A stretch of 64,000 nt of DNA from Malacoraja senta (lineage: Eukaryota): the NCBI GenBank assembly GCA_038087875.1, contig CM075996.1:10108001-10172000 (forward strand), in the 5' to 3' direction. The position numbers and the translations under genes are program-made. The stretch's first letter is position 1, and the number at the start of each line of letters is the position of its first letter. Shown in pieces: positions 24,364-37,654 of the stretch. The notes beneath the pieces were generated by a model. That model saw nothing but the letters and a program-made list of their open reading frames with translations. It was not told where the DNA came from and searched no databases.

Positions 24364-26499
24364 CATCCAGGTATGCCATGACAATATGTTTCTGTTTTCG
24401 GAGAAACGCCAGGGCTGGTTTTAATATTTTAGTAAATAGTCTGGGGACTGATGTTAATCCATTAGGCAATGCTTTATACTGCCAGAGCTGCCCCATCCAG
24501 TTAAATTTCAGATATCGGCGGAGACCCTTCTGTATAGGTACCGAATAGCATGCATCTTTTAGGTCGATGCAAGCCATGAAGTATCCTTTGGAAACCAATT
24601 GTTTGGCAGTAACAAAAGTTTCCATTTTGAAATGTGTATACTGCACAAACGTATTCAGCTGTGTCAAATCAATGATGATGCGGCATCCACCATCTTTCTT
24701 GTTTTTTGTAAAAATATTAGACACAAACTCAAGAGATTCGTGTTGGGATTTCTCAATTACCCCTTTTGCATGTAACCTCAAGAGTTCTGCATGACCATCT
24801 AATCTTTCCTGCTGTGAAAGCACAAACGTTCGGCTAGGTGCATGCTGAACCGGAGGAAGGAGTTTATGAATGAATTCAATTTTATATCCCTGGATACTAT
24901 GCAGTATAAAAGGATCAGAAGTTATGGAACTCCATGCACTCCAAAATAAGTATAACCTTCCCCCAACTTGTGAAGAACTTACACACCCTATGTTCCGGAA
25001 GAAACCAGACCCACCTACCTCCATGGTTACCAGTGGAGCTGTGTTCATTTCTTCCGTCGCTGTCTCCTGGGGCCTAGAGGAGCTGGAGTGTGGGGTTGGC
25101 GCATTTTCCACGAAGGCCGTTCTGGGCCTTGGCCTAAAAAAAGACCTTTGTCCTGTGTGTACGGCCTTCGAGCTTTCACCAGCTTCTGGGTACCGTAGTC
25201 TGCTGGTGGATGCGTAGGGGTGCTGCCGCTGGAGATGTGAGGTCTTTCCAATTGACGGCGCCTTTATTAGCCCGACGGCCTTTGTCTCCTCATCGAGGTC
25301 CTTGATCTGTTTCGACAGGTTCTCCCCGAATAGCAGATTAGGCGGCTTCGTGCTGCTGGTCTTGCACAACCCCGCAAATTTGGGGTATAAGGCAGGTCGG
25401 ATCACACTCTTTCTGAAGCAATGTATTTCAAACTGCGCGTTATAGAAGAGTGCCAGTGCATCTTGCTGTTCATCCGACATTTCCGTTCCGTCGACCGATC
25501 GGGCAAACGCCGTTATACCGGAAACCAGCAGCTTGAGGATTTTTTGAATCTTGATTTCCTGGGCTCTGATGCCACCACCGATATTTCCCCAGATTGAGTT
25601 GTTTACCGATGGAACATTCAGGGAAACACAGTTTTCTGGTGCTAAATACTTAGCAGCTGTGTCGTTCAGAACCTGTTCCTGCAGCTGGTTAGATGTGAGG
25701 TAATCGATACTGGAAGCCAGTTGTGACTGTAATGGCTGTCCTTTTTGCGAGGGCATCGCAAATTTAGAAACCATGCCGAGCAGCTTCTGAGCTTCCTGCA
25801 CCCCCCAGCACACTAGAAGTGTCTTCAGCCAAACCCCCATCTTCAGAGCCAGCCCAGTAGTGACTCCTTATGCTGCCCTCCGAGGAGAGGGAGACATTTT
25901 GTAGCCCTGTACAAGGTGCTGCCGCGGGTGTCCGAGGAGACCCACGGTGACAAAGCTCCGTTTGCTGGAGCATGTCACGTTGGAGCATTTGCTCCATCAA
26001 CCGCTCCATGCGGGATAAACTGCCACGGCCGTTACCCGCAGGCGGCGAATCTTCCCGGCCCGACTCGTCCGAGTCTACGGGCCTGTCCGACTTCCGTATG
26101 GCTTTCTCGCCAGTCCGAGGTATCACTGCGGACTGTGTCGGTGCCAAGTCGGAGGTTGCTGACCGCCCGGTTAGCGACCCAGGTGAAGTTGGCCGCTGTT
26201 GACTGCCCGCACTTCCGCGGTCCTCCGCAGCCAGTTTCGTTGCGGTCCGTTTGGACTTTGCCTTGGACTTGTCCATAAGTTCTTTGTTCTGAAAAATAAT
26301 TCGCACAGAACGGAAAACGACCTCAGAATAGTAAACTCACCTGCAGGTCCGTTTTAAACCTCCTCCCATCCAGTCGCCGCGCAATGCGTTAGACGATATG
26401 ATGCGCATGCGTGCTGGTGGGGTCTTCATGTAGTCACTCACGTGACTCCGAAGTAAAATATATATATACACACATCAATAAACAGATAAAGTGCAATAG

Positions 26500-26631
26500 T
26501 GTTAAAGAAGGAACTGCAGATGCTGGAAAATCGAAGGTACACAAAAATGCTGGAGAAACTCAGCGGGTGCAGCAGCATCTATGGAGCGAAGGAGATAGGC
26601 AATGTTTCGGGCCGAAACCCTTCTTCATACT
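26500..26631 (-). mobile_element. Short Penelope-derived insertion with 6-bp TSD
   Basis: CAATAG at 26494-26499 and 26632-26637 flanks the ~130-bp repeat. Confidence 0.7.
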
Positions 26632-27216
26632 CAATAGACTGTTATAGTTCAGAGTTTGTTTGAAGTTGTGTTTAATAGTCTGATGGCTGTGGGGAAGTAG
26701 CTGTTCCTGAACCTGGATGTTGCAGATTTCAGGCTCCTGTACCTTCTACCTGATGGCAGCGGGGAGATGAGTGTGTGGCCAGGATGGTGTGGGTCCTTGA
26801 TGATGCTGCCAGCCTTTTTGAGGCAGCGAATGCGATAGATCCCCTCGATGGTAGGGAGGTCAGAGTCGATAATGGCCGATGATTGCAGCTTTTTCCGCTC
26901 CTGGGCGCTCAAGTTACCGAACCAAGCCACGATGCAACCGGTCAGCATGCTCTCTACTGTGCACCTGTATCCGAAACGTCACCTATTCCTTTTCTCCAGG
27001 GATGCTGCTTGACCCGCTAAGTTACTCCGGCATTTTGTGTCTATTTTAAATTAGGTGTCTTGGTCAGCATGGGCAAATTGGGCCGAAGGGCCTGTTTCCC
27101 TGCTGTATTACACCATGACTCTACTTGAGGGCTATGGGGAACTGAGAGTTGAGGCCAGTATAGATTGGCATGATTATTGACGAGCAGGGCAGGTTTGAGG
27201 GGTCAGGTGGCATATT

Positions 27217-30200
27217 ATAGAAACATAGAATATAGGTGCAGAAGTAGCCCATTTGGCCCTTCGAGCCATTCAATATGATCATGGTTGATCATCTAAAATC
27301 AGTATCCCGTTCCTGCTTTTTCCCCATATCCCCTGATTCATTTAGCCCCAAGAGCTAAATCTAACTCTCTCTTGAAAACATCCAGTGAATTGGCCTCCAC
27401 TGCCTTCTGTGGCAGAGAATTCCACAGATTCACAACTCTCTGGGTGAAATTGTTTTTCCTCATCTCAGTCCTAAATGGCCTACCCCGTATTCTTAAGCTG
27501 TGTGACATCTGGTTCAGGAATCCCCCAACACGGGGAACATTTTTCCTGCATCTAGCCTGTCCAATCCTTTAAGAATATTATATGTTTCTATAAGATACCC
27601 TCTCATCCTTCTAAATTCCAGCGAATACAAGCCCAGTCGACCCATTCTTTCATCATATGTCAGTCCCGCCATCCCGGGAATTAACCTGGTGAACCTACGC
27701 TGCACTCCCTCAATAGCAATAATATCCTTCCTCAAATTAGGAGACCAAAACTGCACACAATACTCCAGGTGTGGTCTCACCAGGGCCCTGTACAACTGCA
27801 GGAGGACCTCCTAAACTCAAATCCTTCACAATGAAGACCAACATGCCATTAGCTTTCTTCACTGCCTGCTGTACCTGCATGCTTACTTTCAATGACTGAT
27901 GTACAAGCACACTCAGGTCTCGTTGCATCTCCCCTTTTCCTAATCTAGCACTATTCAGATAATAATCTGCCTTCCTGTTCTTGCCACCAAAGTGGATAAC
28001 CTCACATTTATCCACATTATACTGCATCTGCCATGTATCTGCCCACTCAGCCAACCTATTCAAGTCACCCTGCAGCCTCATAGCATCCTCCTCGTAGCTC
28101 ACACTGCCACCCAGCTTTGTGTCATCTGCAAACTTGGAGATGTTACATTTAATTCCCTTGTCCAAATCGTTAATATATATTGTAATTAACTGGGGTCCCA
28201 GCACTGAGCTTTGCGTCACCCCATTAGTCACTGCCTGCCATTCTGAAAATGACCCGTTAATTCCTACTCTTTGCTTCCTGTCTGCCAACCAGTTCTTTAT
28301 CCATGTCAATACCCTACCTCCAATACCACGTGCTCGAATTTTGCACACTAATCTCTTGCGTGGGACCTTGTCAAAGGCTTTTTGAAAGTTCAGATACACC
28401 ACATCTACTGGCTCTCCCTTATCCATTCTAATTGTAACATCCTCAAAACATTCCAGAAGATTAGTTAAGCATGATTTCCCCTTCATAAATCCATACTGAC
28501 TTTGACCGATCCTGTCACTGCTTTTCAAATGCGTTGCTATAACATCTTTAATAATCGAATCAAGCATCTTCCCAACTACCGATGTCAGGCTAACTGGTCT
28601 ATAATTCCCCGTTTTCTCTCTCCCTCCTTTCTTAAAAAGTGGCCACCCTCCAGTCCACAGGAACTGATCCAGAGTCGAGAGAACATTGGAAAATGATCAC
28701 CAATGCATCCACGATTTCTAGGGCCACCTCCTTGAGTACTCTGGGATGCAGACCATCAGGCCCTGGGGATTTATCTTCCTTGAGTCCCAAACAGTTTACC
28801 CAACACCATTCCCCTCAGTTCCTCCCTCCCACTAGATCCTCGGTCCCCTAGTATTTCGAGAGATTGTTTGTGCCTTCCTTAGTGAAAGTACTTGTTTAAC
28901 TGTTCTGCCATTTACTTGTTTCTCATTATAAATTCACCTGTCTCTGACTGTAAGGGACCTACATTCGTCTTCACTAATCTTATCTTTTTACATATCTAAA
29001 GAAGCTTTAACAGTCAGTTTTTATATTCTCCGCAAGCTTTCTTTCATGCTCCCCCCCCCCCCTCTTAATTAACCACTTTGTCCTCCTCTGTTGAATTCTA
29101 AATTTCACCCAGTTCTCCGGTTTGTTGCTTCCTTTGGCCAATTTATATGCCTCTTCCTTGGAATTAACACAATCCTCGTTTGCTACATTAGCCTTCCCCG
29201 TTTTATTTTTTCGCCAGACAGGGATGAACAATTTCTGGAGTTTAAATTTTCGCCATTGCATCTCCACCGTCAACTGTTTAAGTATAAGTTTCCAGTTAAT
29301 CCTAGCCAATTCCCGTCTCATACCTTTAAATTCTCCTTTATTCAAGTTCAGGACCCTCGTCTCTGAATTAACCGTGTCACTCTCCATCCTAATGCAGAAT
29401 TCCACCATATTATGGTCACTGTTGCCCAAGGAGCTTTGCACAACAAGATCGCTAACTAATCCTTCCTCATTACACAATACCCAGTCTAAGATGGCCTGCC
29501 CTCTAGTCAGTTCTTCTACATATAGGTTTAAAAACCCATCCCATATACATTCTAGGAAATCCTCTTCCTCAGTGCTGCTACCAATTTGGTTGGCCCATTC
29601 TATATGTAGATTAAAGTCACCCATGATAACTGCTGTACCATTGCTACACACATCCCTAATTTCCTGCTTGATGCTATCCCCAACTGCTGTTTGGTGGTCT
29701 GTATACAACTCCAACAAGCGTTTTCTGCCCTTGGCTATTTCGCAGTTATACCCATACCGATTCTACAGCATCCAAGCTGATGTCTCTCCTTGCTATTGCA
29801 TTAATCTCCTCTTTAACCAGCGATGCCACCCTACCTCCTCTTCCAGTCTGTCTATCCTTCCTGAATATCGACTACCCCAGCATGTTTAGCCCCCAGCCTT
29901 GGTCACCCTAGAACCATGTTCCGTAATTCCAACTATATCATACCCCTCAACTACTAACTGTGCATCAATTCATCCACCTTATTTCAAATACTCCTGGCAT
30001 TAAGGCACAAAGCTTTCAGGTTAATTTTTCTTATCTCCTTTCGACCTTTTGCTTCTGTTCTTTTATGTCCCTCTGTCTCCTTGCATTGGGTCCCATCCCC
30101 CTGCCCTGTTAGTTTAAACGTGACCTTTCCTACACTCTCATTCCCGTTGGCTGCACGGATACGCGTCCACGTTGTTGACTCCACCCCCCACTGTTTAATT

Positions 30201-30617
30201 TAAACCCACCCGTGTAGCACTAGCAAACCTGCCTGCCAGAATGTTAGTCCCCTTCCAATTGTACAGGTCACCCCTGCGCCAGAAGTGATTCCAGTGATCT
30301 AGAAATCTAAATCCCTGCCCCCCTGCACCAACTCCTCAGCCACACATTCAGATCCCTATCTCCCTGTTTCTACCCTCACTAGCACGAGGTACTGGAAGCA
30401 ACCCAGAGATAACCACCCTAGAGGTCCTGTTTTTTCAGCCTCCTGCCTAGTTCTCTATACTCATGTTGCAGAACCTCCTTCCTCTTCTTACCCACATCAT
30501 TTGTGCCTACATGCACAACTACTTCCGGCTGCTCACCTGTCCTCTCGAGGATGTTCTGAAGTCGGTCTGAGACGTCTTGGACCCTGGTACCAGGAGGCAA
30601 CACACCATCCTCGAGTC
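27217..30617 (-). mobile_element. Near full-length decayed CR1 LINE
   Basis: Esterase HVGTNDV (30418-30603), APE GDFN, RT FADD, many frameshifts. Confidence 0.92.
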
Positions 30618-31040
30618 AGTCAATCACAATAATACTTTATTAGCCAAGTATGTTTTGCAACATACGAGGAATTTCATTTGCCAAGTCAGTCATACAAATA
30701 AAAAGCAACGGAACACACAAAATACATTTTAACATAACATCCACCACAGTGACTCCTCCACAGTCCTCACTGTGATGAAAGGTGAAATAAATTTCAAGTC
30801 CCCTTTGCTCTCCCACGGTCGTGGGCCTCGAGCCCTCTGTGACAGGACGATCTTGACTCCCGTAGCCGGTAGCGTTTGGGCCCTCCGCGTCGAGGCGATC
30901 ATCTCCTGCATCGGGGGATGTCAGCTCCCCCGCACCGGCATCGGACCCCGCGTCTGGGCTGGTCGAACCTTCACGACGTTGGAGCTCCCGACATCCACGG
31001 GCCGGCTGCCTCTGCCTGGCCATCGGTTGAATTGACCTCC
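30618..31040 (-). mobile_element. ORF-less non-autonomous retroposon with Rex1-like 3' end (partial)
   Basis: 3' hairpin GTATGTT..AACATAC and CACAGTGA..TCACTGTG stem shared with the 37655, 40329, 46495 and 63080 elements. Confidence 0.6.
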
Positions 31041-31099
31041 GGTCAAGGCAACCTCCGGTCATGGCAACCTCCGGTCAAGGCAACCTCTGGTCAGGGGAG

Positions 31100-31455
31100 C
31101 GGCAACCTTGAGATCCTGGGGAGATGGGGAGGGAGAGTGGGGGGATAGAGGGAGAGGAGAGGGGTAGGGAGGGGAGAGGAGTTATGGAGGGAGGGAGGGA
31201 GGGAGGGAGTGACTGAGGGTAGGGGGGAAAGGAGAGGGAGGGTGAGGGAGGGAGTGGAGGAGGGGAGGAGGAGAGGGGAATGAAGAGGGAGGGTGAAGAG
31301 GAGGGGGAGGAAGTGCTGGGGATGAGGGTTAATGAGCCGCGCCTGCGCAGTTGGGGGCTATGGGTGGGTGGTAGAATATTGCGTTGGGGGAACGGTTGCG
31401 TTGGGGGACCAAGCCTCCCATGTAAAAGGGACCCAACTGGTCCCACTTAGTCTAG
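31100..31455 (+). mobile_element. Helitron-like 3' end
   Basis: Hairpin GGGACC-CAACT-GGTCCC (31428-31444) 7 nt upstream of CTAG|T (31452-31456); purine-rich interior. Confidence 0.6.
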
Positions 31456-31985
31456 TAGTGTTAATATGCGGGGATCACTGGTTGGCGCGGACCCGTTGGG
31501 CTGAAGGGCCTGTTTCCACACTGTATCTCTAAAACTAAAACCAAATCCTACATCGATGGGCTTTCACGTGTAATGGTGATGACTGATCTATTTTGGGCCT
31601 GTCAGCTTTAATGGGCTGAGTCCCTTGGCTGAGGTTTAGTGATTCTGATGTAGTTGCAGGGTGTGTGGGATGCTGTACCTGAGGCACTAAGCTGTCGGCT
31701 GCGGAGCTGGCTGGCCCGTCCTGACAAGTGTGCCATGCAAGAGATTAATAAGCACACATCCAGAGTGGAAGCGGTGTTATTGGAGAGCAGATTGTGTGGC
31801 ACGGTGGCGTAGTGGTGAAGTTGCTGCCTCACAGCGCCAGTGACCCGGGTTCGATCCTGACTACGGGTGCTTGTCTGTACGGGTGACCTGCGTGGGTTTT
31901 CTCCGTCTGCCCCAGTTTCCTCCCACACTCCAAAGCGTGCAGGTTTGTAGGCTAATTGGCTTTGGTAAAATTGTAAATTGTCCCT

Positions 31986-32413
31986 GTCTGGTGCTATAGA
32001 CCTGCACGGGAAGGTAGACGCTCCCGCCCCCACGAGTCTCGGGCAGATGGGGCTCGTCAGCCTGGGAAGGCGGTCCATCTAGGAGAGGGAAAAACTCTGA
32101 TTTAAAACCTCCACTGCCTTGTGGCCATATCCAGTCATGGAAAAGGCTCCAGGAGTAAACCTCCAGAAAATCCAGAGTCGGAGCCCCTAAGGCAGTTCGT
32201 CGTTGTCTACAACCTCGCTCTGGCAGCTCCTGCGATGGCGCTGGTGCCAAACTGTAACGGCCCTGCTGTTCCTTTGGATCGATCAGCGACGTGGACAGGG
32301 GGAACGTGCTGCATGGGCAACAGCCTGTCCTCCATATGGACATCGCCCAGGCTTGCATCCGACAAACCAGGATGCATCACCCATGGTCAGTCATGACCGA
32401 GGGGGGCCTATTA
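31986..32413 (+). mobile_element. ~425-bp non-autonomous retroposon with RTE-5'UTR-like motif, copy A (inside an HE1 SINE)
   Basis: CTAGGAGAGGGAAAAACTCTGATTTAAAACC motif; GGGGGGCCTA(CTA) tail; flanking CCCT duplication; closely similar to 35677-36104. Confidence 0.65.
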
Positions 32414-33406
32414 CCCTAAGTGTGTGTAGCAGAGTGTCAGTGTGCGGGGATCGCTGGTCGGTGGGCCGAAGGCCTGTTTCCGCGCTGTATCTCTAAACTA
32501 AACTAAAGTGAGCTCCTTTCCTTGTGCTGTGATATAACACATAAGGTCCCCAGGACAAACTCTGTTTGGGATTCTATGTGGTTGACAGATTAGGAGCAGG
32601 GTGGGATGCAAACATCCATCACAAGGGCATCTCTGGAACGAGCTCTCAGGGGAAGCTCCAGAAGCAGATACAATTACCTTTTTTCAAAGACATTTGGACA
32701 GATATATGGATAGGAAGGGTTTATGGGTCAAATGCAGGCAAGTGCTTATGTGTAGTGATACATTTACTGAACTGTATACAAAAATGGATTCACAAGTGAC
32801 AATTAAAATGCCATACCATAAATGGGGAAACTTGGTGGGTGTGGACAAGGTGGGTGTGGACAAGGTGGGTGTGGACAAGGTGGGTGTGGACAAGGTGAAC
32901 ATTGACAAGATGGGTGGACATGGTGGGCGTAGACACTTTGGGCTGAAGGACGTTTTCATGCTGTACACCTCTCAGGATAAAGGGAGTTGAACATAATTTT
33001 AAAACATTGTGTAATTATTTAATTACACAATGCTGCAACATATCCAGCAGTGATATTCAGAAGCTGTCATCCCAACCTGGAATGAAAGGGTGATTATATC
33101 TCTCCAACTCAGGCTTAGGATAATTAATACGCAGTGAGTCGTAACAAGGAAGTGAAGATGCTGGTTTACATAAAAAGACAGAGTGTTGGAGCAATTGAGC
33201 AGGTCAGGCAGCATCTCTGGAGAACATGGATACCTGACTTTAGACTTTCCAGATACAGCGCGGAATCAGGCCCTTCAGCCCACCGAATCCGCGCTGACCA
33301 GCGATCCCCACACACTAGCACTGTCCTATACACTAGGGACAATTTATAATGTTACCAAAGCCGTTTAACCTGCAAACCTGCACATCTTTGGAGTGTGGAA
33401 GGAAAC

Positions 33407-34168
33407 TGGGGGGGGGGGGTGTGGGGGAGGGGGTGGTGTGGGGGAGGGGGTGGTGTGGGGGAGGGGGTGGTGTGGGGGAGGGGGTGGTGTGGGGGAGGGG
33501 GGTGGTGTGGGGGGGTGGGGGTGGAGGAGGAGGTGTGGGGGGAGGGGGTGGTGTGGGGGAGGGGGTGGTGTGGGGGGGGGGTGGTGTGGGGGAGGGGGTG
33601 GTGTGGGGGAGGGGGGTGGTGTGGGGGGGTGGGGGTGGAGGAGGAGGTGTGGGGGGAGGGGGTGGTGTGGGGGAGGGGGTGGTGTGGGGGGGTGGGGGTG
33701 GAGGGGGTGGTGTGGGGGAGGGGGTGGTGTGGGGGAGGGGGTGGTGTGGGGGATGGGGGGTGGAGGTGGGGGGGTGGTGTGGGGGGGTGGGGGTGGAGGT
33801 GGGGGTGGTGTGGGGGGATGGGGGGTAGTGTGGGGGGATGGGGGGGTGGAGGAGGAGGTGTGGGGGGAGGGGGTGGTGTGGGGGAGGGGGTTGGTGTGGG
33901 GGGGTGGGGGTGGAGGAGGGTGGGTGGGGGGAGGGGGTGGTGTTGGGGAGGGGTGGTGTGGGGGAGAGGGTGGTGTGGGGGAGGGGTGGTGTGGGGGGAG
34001 GGGGATGGTTGGTGTGGGGGGTGGGGTGGTTTGGGGGGGTGGGGGGAAGGGGGGAGGGGTGTGGGTGTGGTGGGGGTGGGGGGAAGGGGGGAGGGGTGTG
34101 GGTGTGGTGGGGGGGGTTTGTGGGCGGGGAGGTGTGTTGGGGGGAGGGGGATGTGTGGAGGGGAGGGA
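33407..34168 (+). repeat. G-rich ~17-bp minisatellite (GGGGTGGTGTGGGGGAG)n
   Basis: Direct reading; extreme G-skew. Confidence 0.9.
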
Positions 34169-34584
34169 CTCCACACAGCACCACCCAACTCCACTCATCG
34201 GATTCCCCGACTCCACACAGCGGCTTCCCCGACTCCACACAATGGCTTCCCCCAACCACACAGCGGCTTACCCCGACTCCACACGGCTTGTGGACTCGGC
34301 CCCGCCTCTGCGGTATTACTCTCCTCGCCCAGAAGGGGCGTTACCTTCATGGTGACCGACAGGCGAGAAGACCAATCTGCTGGTCTCACGGTTTTTTACA
34401 CCTTCATAACTTTTGTATTATTCCATCGATCGGAACAAAACTTGGTGCGCTTGGAGGAGAAGAGAACGGTGAGTAAGGTGGCGAAAAAATCCTCGCGATA
34501 TAGGGTACTGGTTTTGCACAAATTAAAAAAAAACAAAAGCGGAAGTAGTCAAGATGAGAGTTTTAGTAATAAATATAGAAGAAG
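34168..34584 (-). mobile_element. Helitron-like non-autonomous element, 5' part
   Basis: Similar to 44780-45044; ends in TCTATAT on the minus strand; internal ~22-bp repeats CCCCGACTCCACACAGCGGCTT. Confidence 0.5.
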
Positions 34585-34599
34585 TTGGTAGATAGAAGA

Positions 34600-35466
34600 T
34601 AGATGGTTGTGAACAATTGCAGCAGGATCTGGATCGATTGGTCAGGTGGGTGGAGGAATGGTTGATGGAATTTAATACAGAGATGTGTGAGGTGTTGCAT
34701 TTTTGGATGTCGAACAAGGCTAAGACCTACACAGTAAATGGTAGGCCTCTGGGTAGTGTTGCAGAGCAGCGGGATCTAGGAGTACATGGTTCCATGAAGG
34801 TCGAGTCGCAGGTAGATAAGGTGGTCAAAAAGGCTTTTGGCACTTTGGCCATCATCAGTCAGAGTATTGAGTATAGAAGTTAGGAGGTCATGTTGCAGAT
34901 GTATAAGGCGTTGGTGAGACCGCATTTAGAATCTGGTGTTCTGTTCTGGGCACCATGTTACAGGAAAGATATGGTCAAGCTTGAAAGGGTTCAAAAAAGA
35001 TTTACGAGGATGTTGCCAGGACTGGAGGGTGTGAGCTGTAGGCAGAGGTTGAGTAGTCTGGGTCTCTATTCCATGGAGCGCAGGAGGATGAGGGGAGATC
35101 TTATAGAGGTATACAAAATCATGAGAGGAGTAGATCGGGTAGATGCACAGAGTCTCTTGCTCAGAGTTGGGGAATCGAGGACCAGAGGACGTAGGTTCAA
35201 GGTGAAGGGGAAAAGATTTAATAGGAATCCGAGGGGTAACTTTTTCACACAGAGGGTGGTGGGTGTATGGAACAAGCTGCCAGAGGAGGTAGTTGAGGCT
35301 GGGACTATCCCATCGTTTAAGGAACAGTTAGACAGGTACATGGATAGGACAGGCTTGGAGGGTTATGGACCATAGGCAAGTGGGACTAGTGTAGCTGGGA
35401 CATGTTGGCTGGCCAGTGTGGGCGAGTTGGGCCGAAGGGCCTGTTTCCACACTTTATCACTCTATG
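34600..35466 (+). mobile_element. CR1 LINE 3' fragment
   Basis: ORFs 34617-34883 and 34890-35375. Confidence 0.9.
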
Positions 35467-37615
35467 AACAAGGAAATGGCAGACAAGTTGAACAGGTACT
35501 TCACTAAGGAAGACACAAACAATCTCCCAGATGTACTAATGGCCAGAGGATCTAGGGTGACGGAGGAACTGAACGAAATTCACATTCGGCAGAAAATGGT
35601 GTTGGGTCGACTGATGGGACTGAAGGCTGATAAATCCCCAGGGCCTGATGGTCTGCATCCCAGTGTACTTAAGGTGTAGTGGGCAGGTGCTATCGACCTG
35701 CACAGGAAGGTAGACGGTCCCGCCCCCACGAGTCTCGGGCAGATGGGGCTCGTCAACCTGGGAAGGCAGTCCATCTAGGAGAGGGAAAACTCTGATTTAA
35801 AACCTCCACTGCCTTGTGGCCATATCCAGTCATGGAAAAGGCTTCAGGAGTAAACCTGAAGAAAATCCGGAGTCGGAGCCCCTAAGGCAGTTCGTCGTTG
35901 TCTACAACCTCGCTCTGGCAGCTCCTGCGATGGCGCTGGTGCCAAACTGTAACGGCCCTGCTGTTCTTTTGGATCGACCAGCGACGTGGAGAGGGGGGAC
36001 GTGCTGCATGGGCAACAGCCTGTCCTCCATATGACATCGCCCAGGCTTGCATCCGACCAGGATGCATCACCCGTGGTCAGTCATGACCGAGGGGGGCCTA
36101 CTATGGTGAGGTGGCTCTTGAAATCGTGAACGCATTGGTGATCATTTTCCAATATTCTATAGATTCAGGATCAGTTCCTGTGGATTGGAGGGTAGCTAAT
36201 GTTATCCCACTTTTTAAGAAAGGCGGGAGAGAGAAAACAGGGAATTATAGACGTTAGCCTGACATCGGTGGTGGGGAAGATGCTGGAGTCAATCATAAAA
36301 GATGAAATAGCGGCACATTTGGATAGCACTAACAGGATCGGTCCGAGTCAGCATGGATTACGAAGGGGAAATCATGCTTAACTAATCTTCTGGACTTTTT
36401 TTGAGGATGTAACTGGGAAAATGGACAAGGGAGAACCAGTGGATGTAGTGTACCTGGACTTTCAGGAAGCCTTTGATAAGGTCCCACATAGGAGATTAGT
36501 GGGCAAAATTAGAGCACATGTTATTGGGGGTAGGGTACTGACATGGATTGAAAATTGGTTGGCAGACAGGAAACAAAGAGTAGGGATTAACGGGTCCCTT
36601 TCCGAATGGCAGGCAGTGACTAGCGGGGTACCGCAAGGCTCGGTGCTGGGACCGCAGCTATTTACAATATACATTCATGGTTTAGATGAAGGGATTAAAA
36701 GTAACATTAGCAAATTTGGAGATGACACAAAGCTGGATGGCAGTGTGAACTGTGAGGAGGATGCTATGAGGATGCAGGGTGACTTGGACAGGTTGGGTGA
36801 ATGGGCAGATGCATGGCAGATGCAGTTTAATGTGGATAAATGTGAGGTTATCCACTTTGGTGGCAAGAACAGGAAGGCAGATTATTATCTAAATGGTGTC
36901 AAGTTAGGAAAAGGGGAAGTACAATGAGATCTGGGGGTCCTTGTTCATCAGTCACTGAAAGTAAGCATGCAGGTACAGCAGGCAGTGAAGAAAGGCATGT
37001 TGGCTTTCATAACAAGTAGAGTTGAGTATAGGAGCAAAGAGGTCCTTCTGCAGTTGTACAGGGCCCTAGTGAGACCACACCTGGAGTATTGTGTGCAGTT
37101 TTGGTCTCCAAATTTGAGGAAGGACATTCTTGCTATTGTGGGAGTGCAGCGTCGGTTCACGAGGTTAATTCCCGGGATGGCGGGACTGTCATATGTTGAA
37201 AGAATGGAGCACTGGAATTTAGAATGAGAGGGCATCTTATTGAAACATATAAGATTATTAAGGGATTGGACACGCTAGAGGCAGAAAACATATTCCCGAT
37301 GTTGGGGGAGTCCAGAACCAGGGGCCACAGTTTAAGAATAAGGGGTAGGCCATTTAGAACGGAGATGAGGAAAAACTTTTTCACCTAGAGAGTTGTGAGT
37401 CTGTGGAATTCTCTGCCTCAAAAGGCAGTGGAGGCCGATTTCCTGGATGCTTTCAAGAGAGAGTTAGATAGAGCTCTTAAAGATATGGAGTCAAGAGATA
37501 TGTGGAGAAGGCAGGAACGGGGTACAGATTGTGGATGATCACCCATGATCACAGTGAATGGCGGTGCTGGCTCGAAGGGCCGAATGGCCTACTCCTGCAC
37601 CTGTTGTCTATTGTC
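35462..37615 (+). mobile_element. CR1 LINE RT region, interrupted by the 35677-36104 element
   Basis: KSPGPDG, LDFQEAFDKVPH, GVPQGSVLGP, (CTATTGT)n tail. Confidence 0.92.
35677..36104 (+). mobile_element. ~425-bp non-autonomous retroposon, copy B
   Basis: Closely similar to 31986-32413; flanking GGTG duplication 35673-35676 and 36105-36108. Confidence 0.65.
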
Positions 37616-37654
37616 TATGACTCTTTGACACTCAGATTCAGGCAGATTAGTTTA

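Larger units (their letters stand above)
14730..26460 (-). mobile_element. DIRS1-type retrotransposon, copy 2, with three nested LINE insertions
   Basis: Right ITR ~14740-14843, ICR 14960-15071, YR pieces (15255-15773, 18031-18285, 19270-19473), MT/RH/RT 19461-20742 and 24364-25142, gag to 26276, left ITR 26403-26457. Confidence 0.95.

Noticed and set aside
33333..34591. Long Pro/His- or Gly/Trp-rich ORFs (280-398 aa)
   Set aside because: Artefacts of the stop-free G-rich tandem repeat
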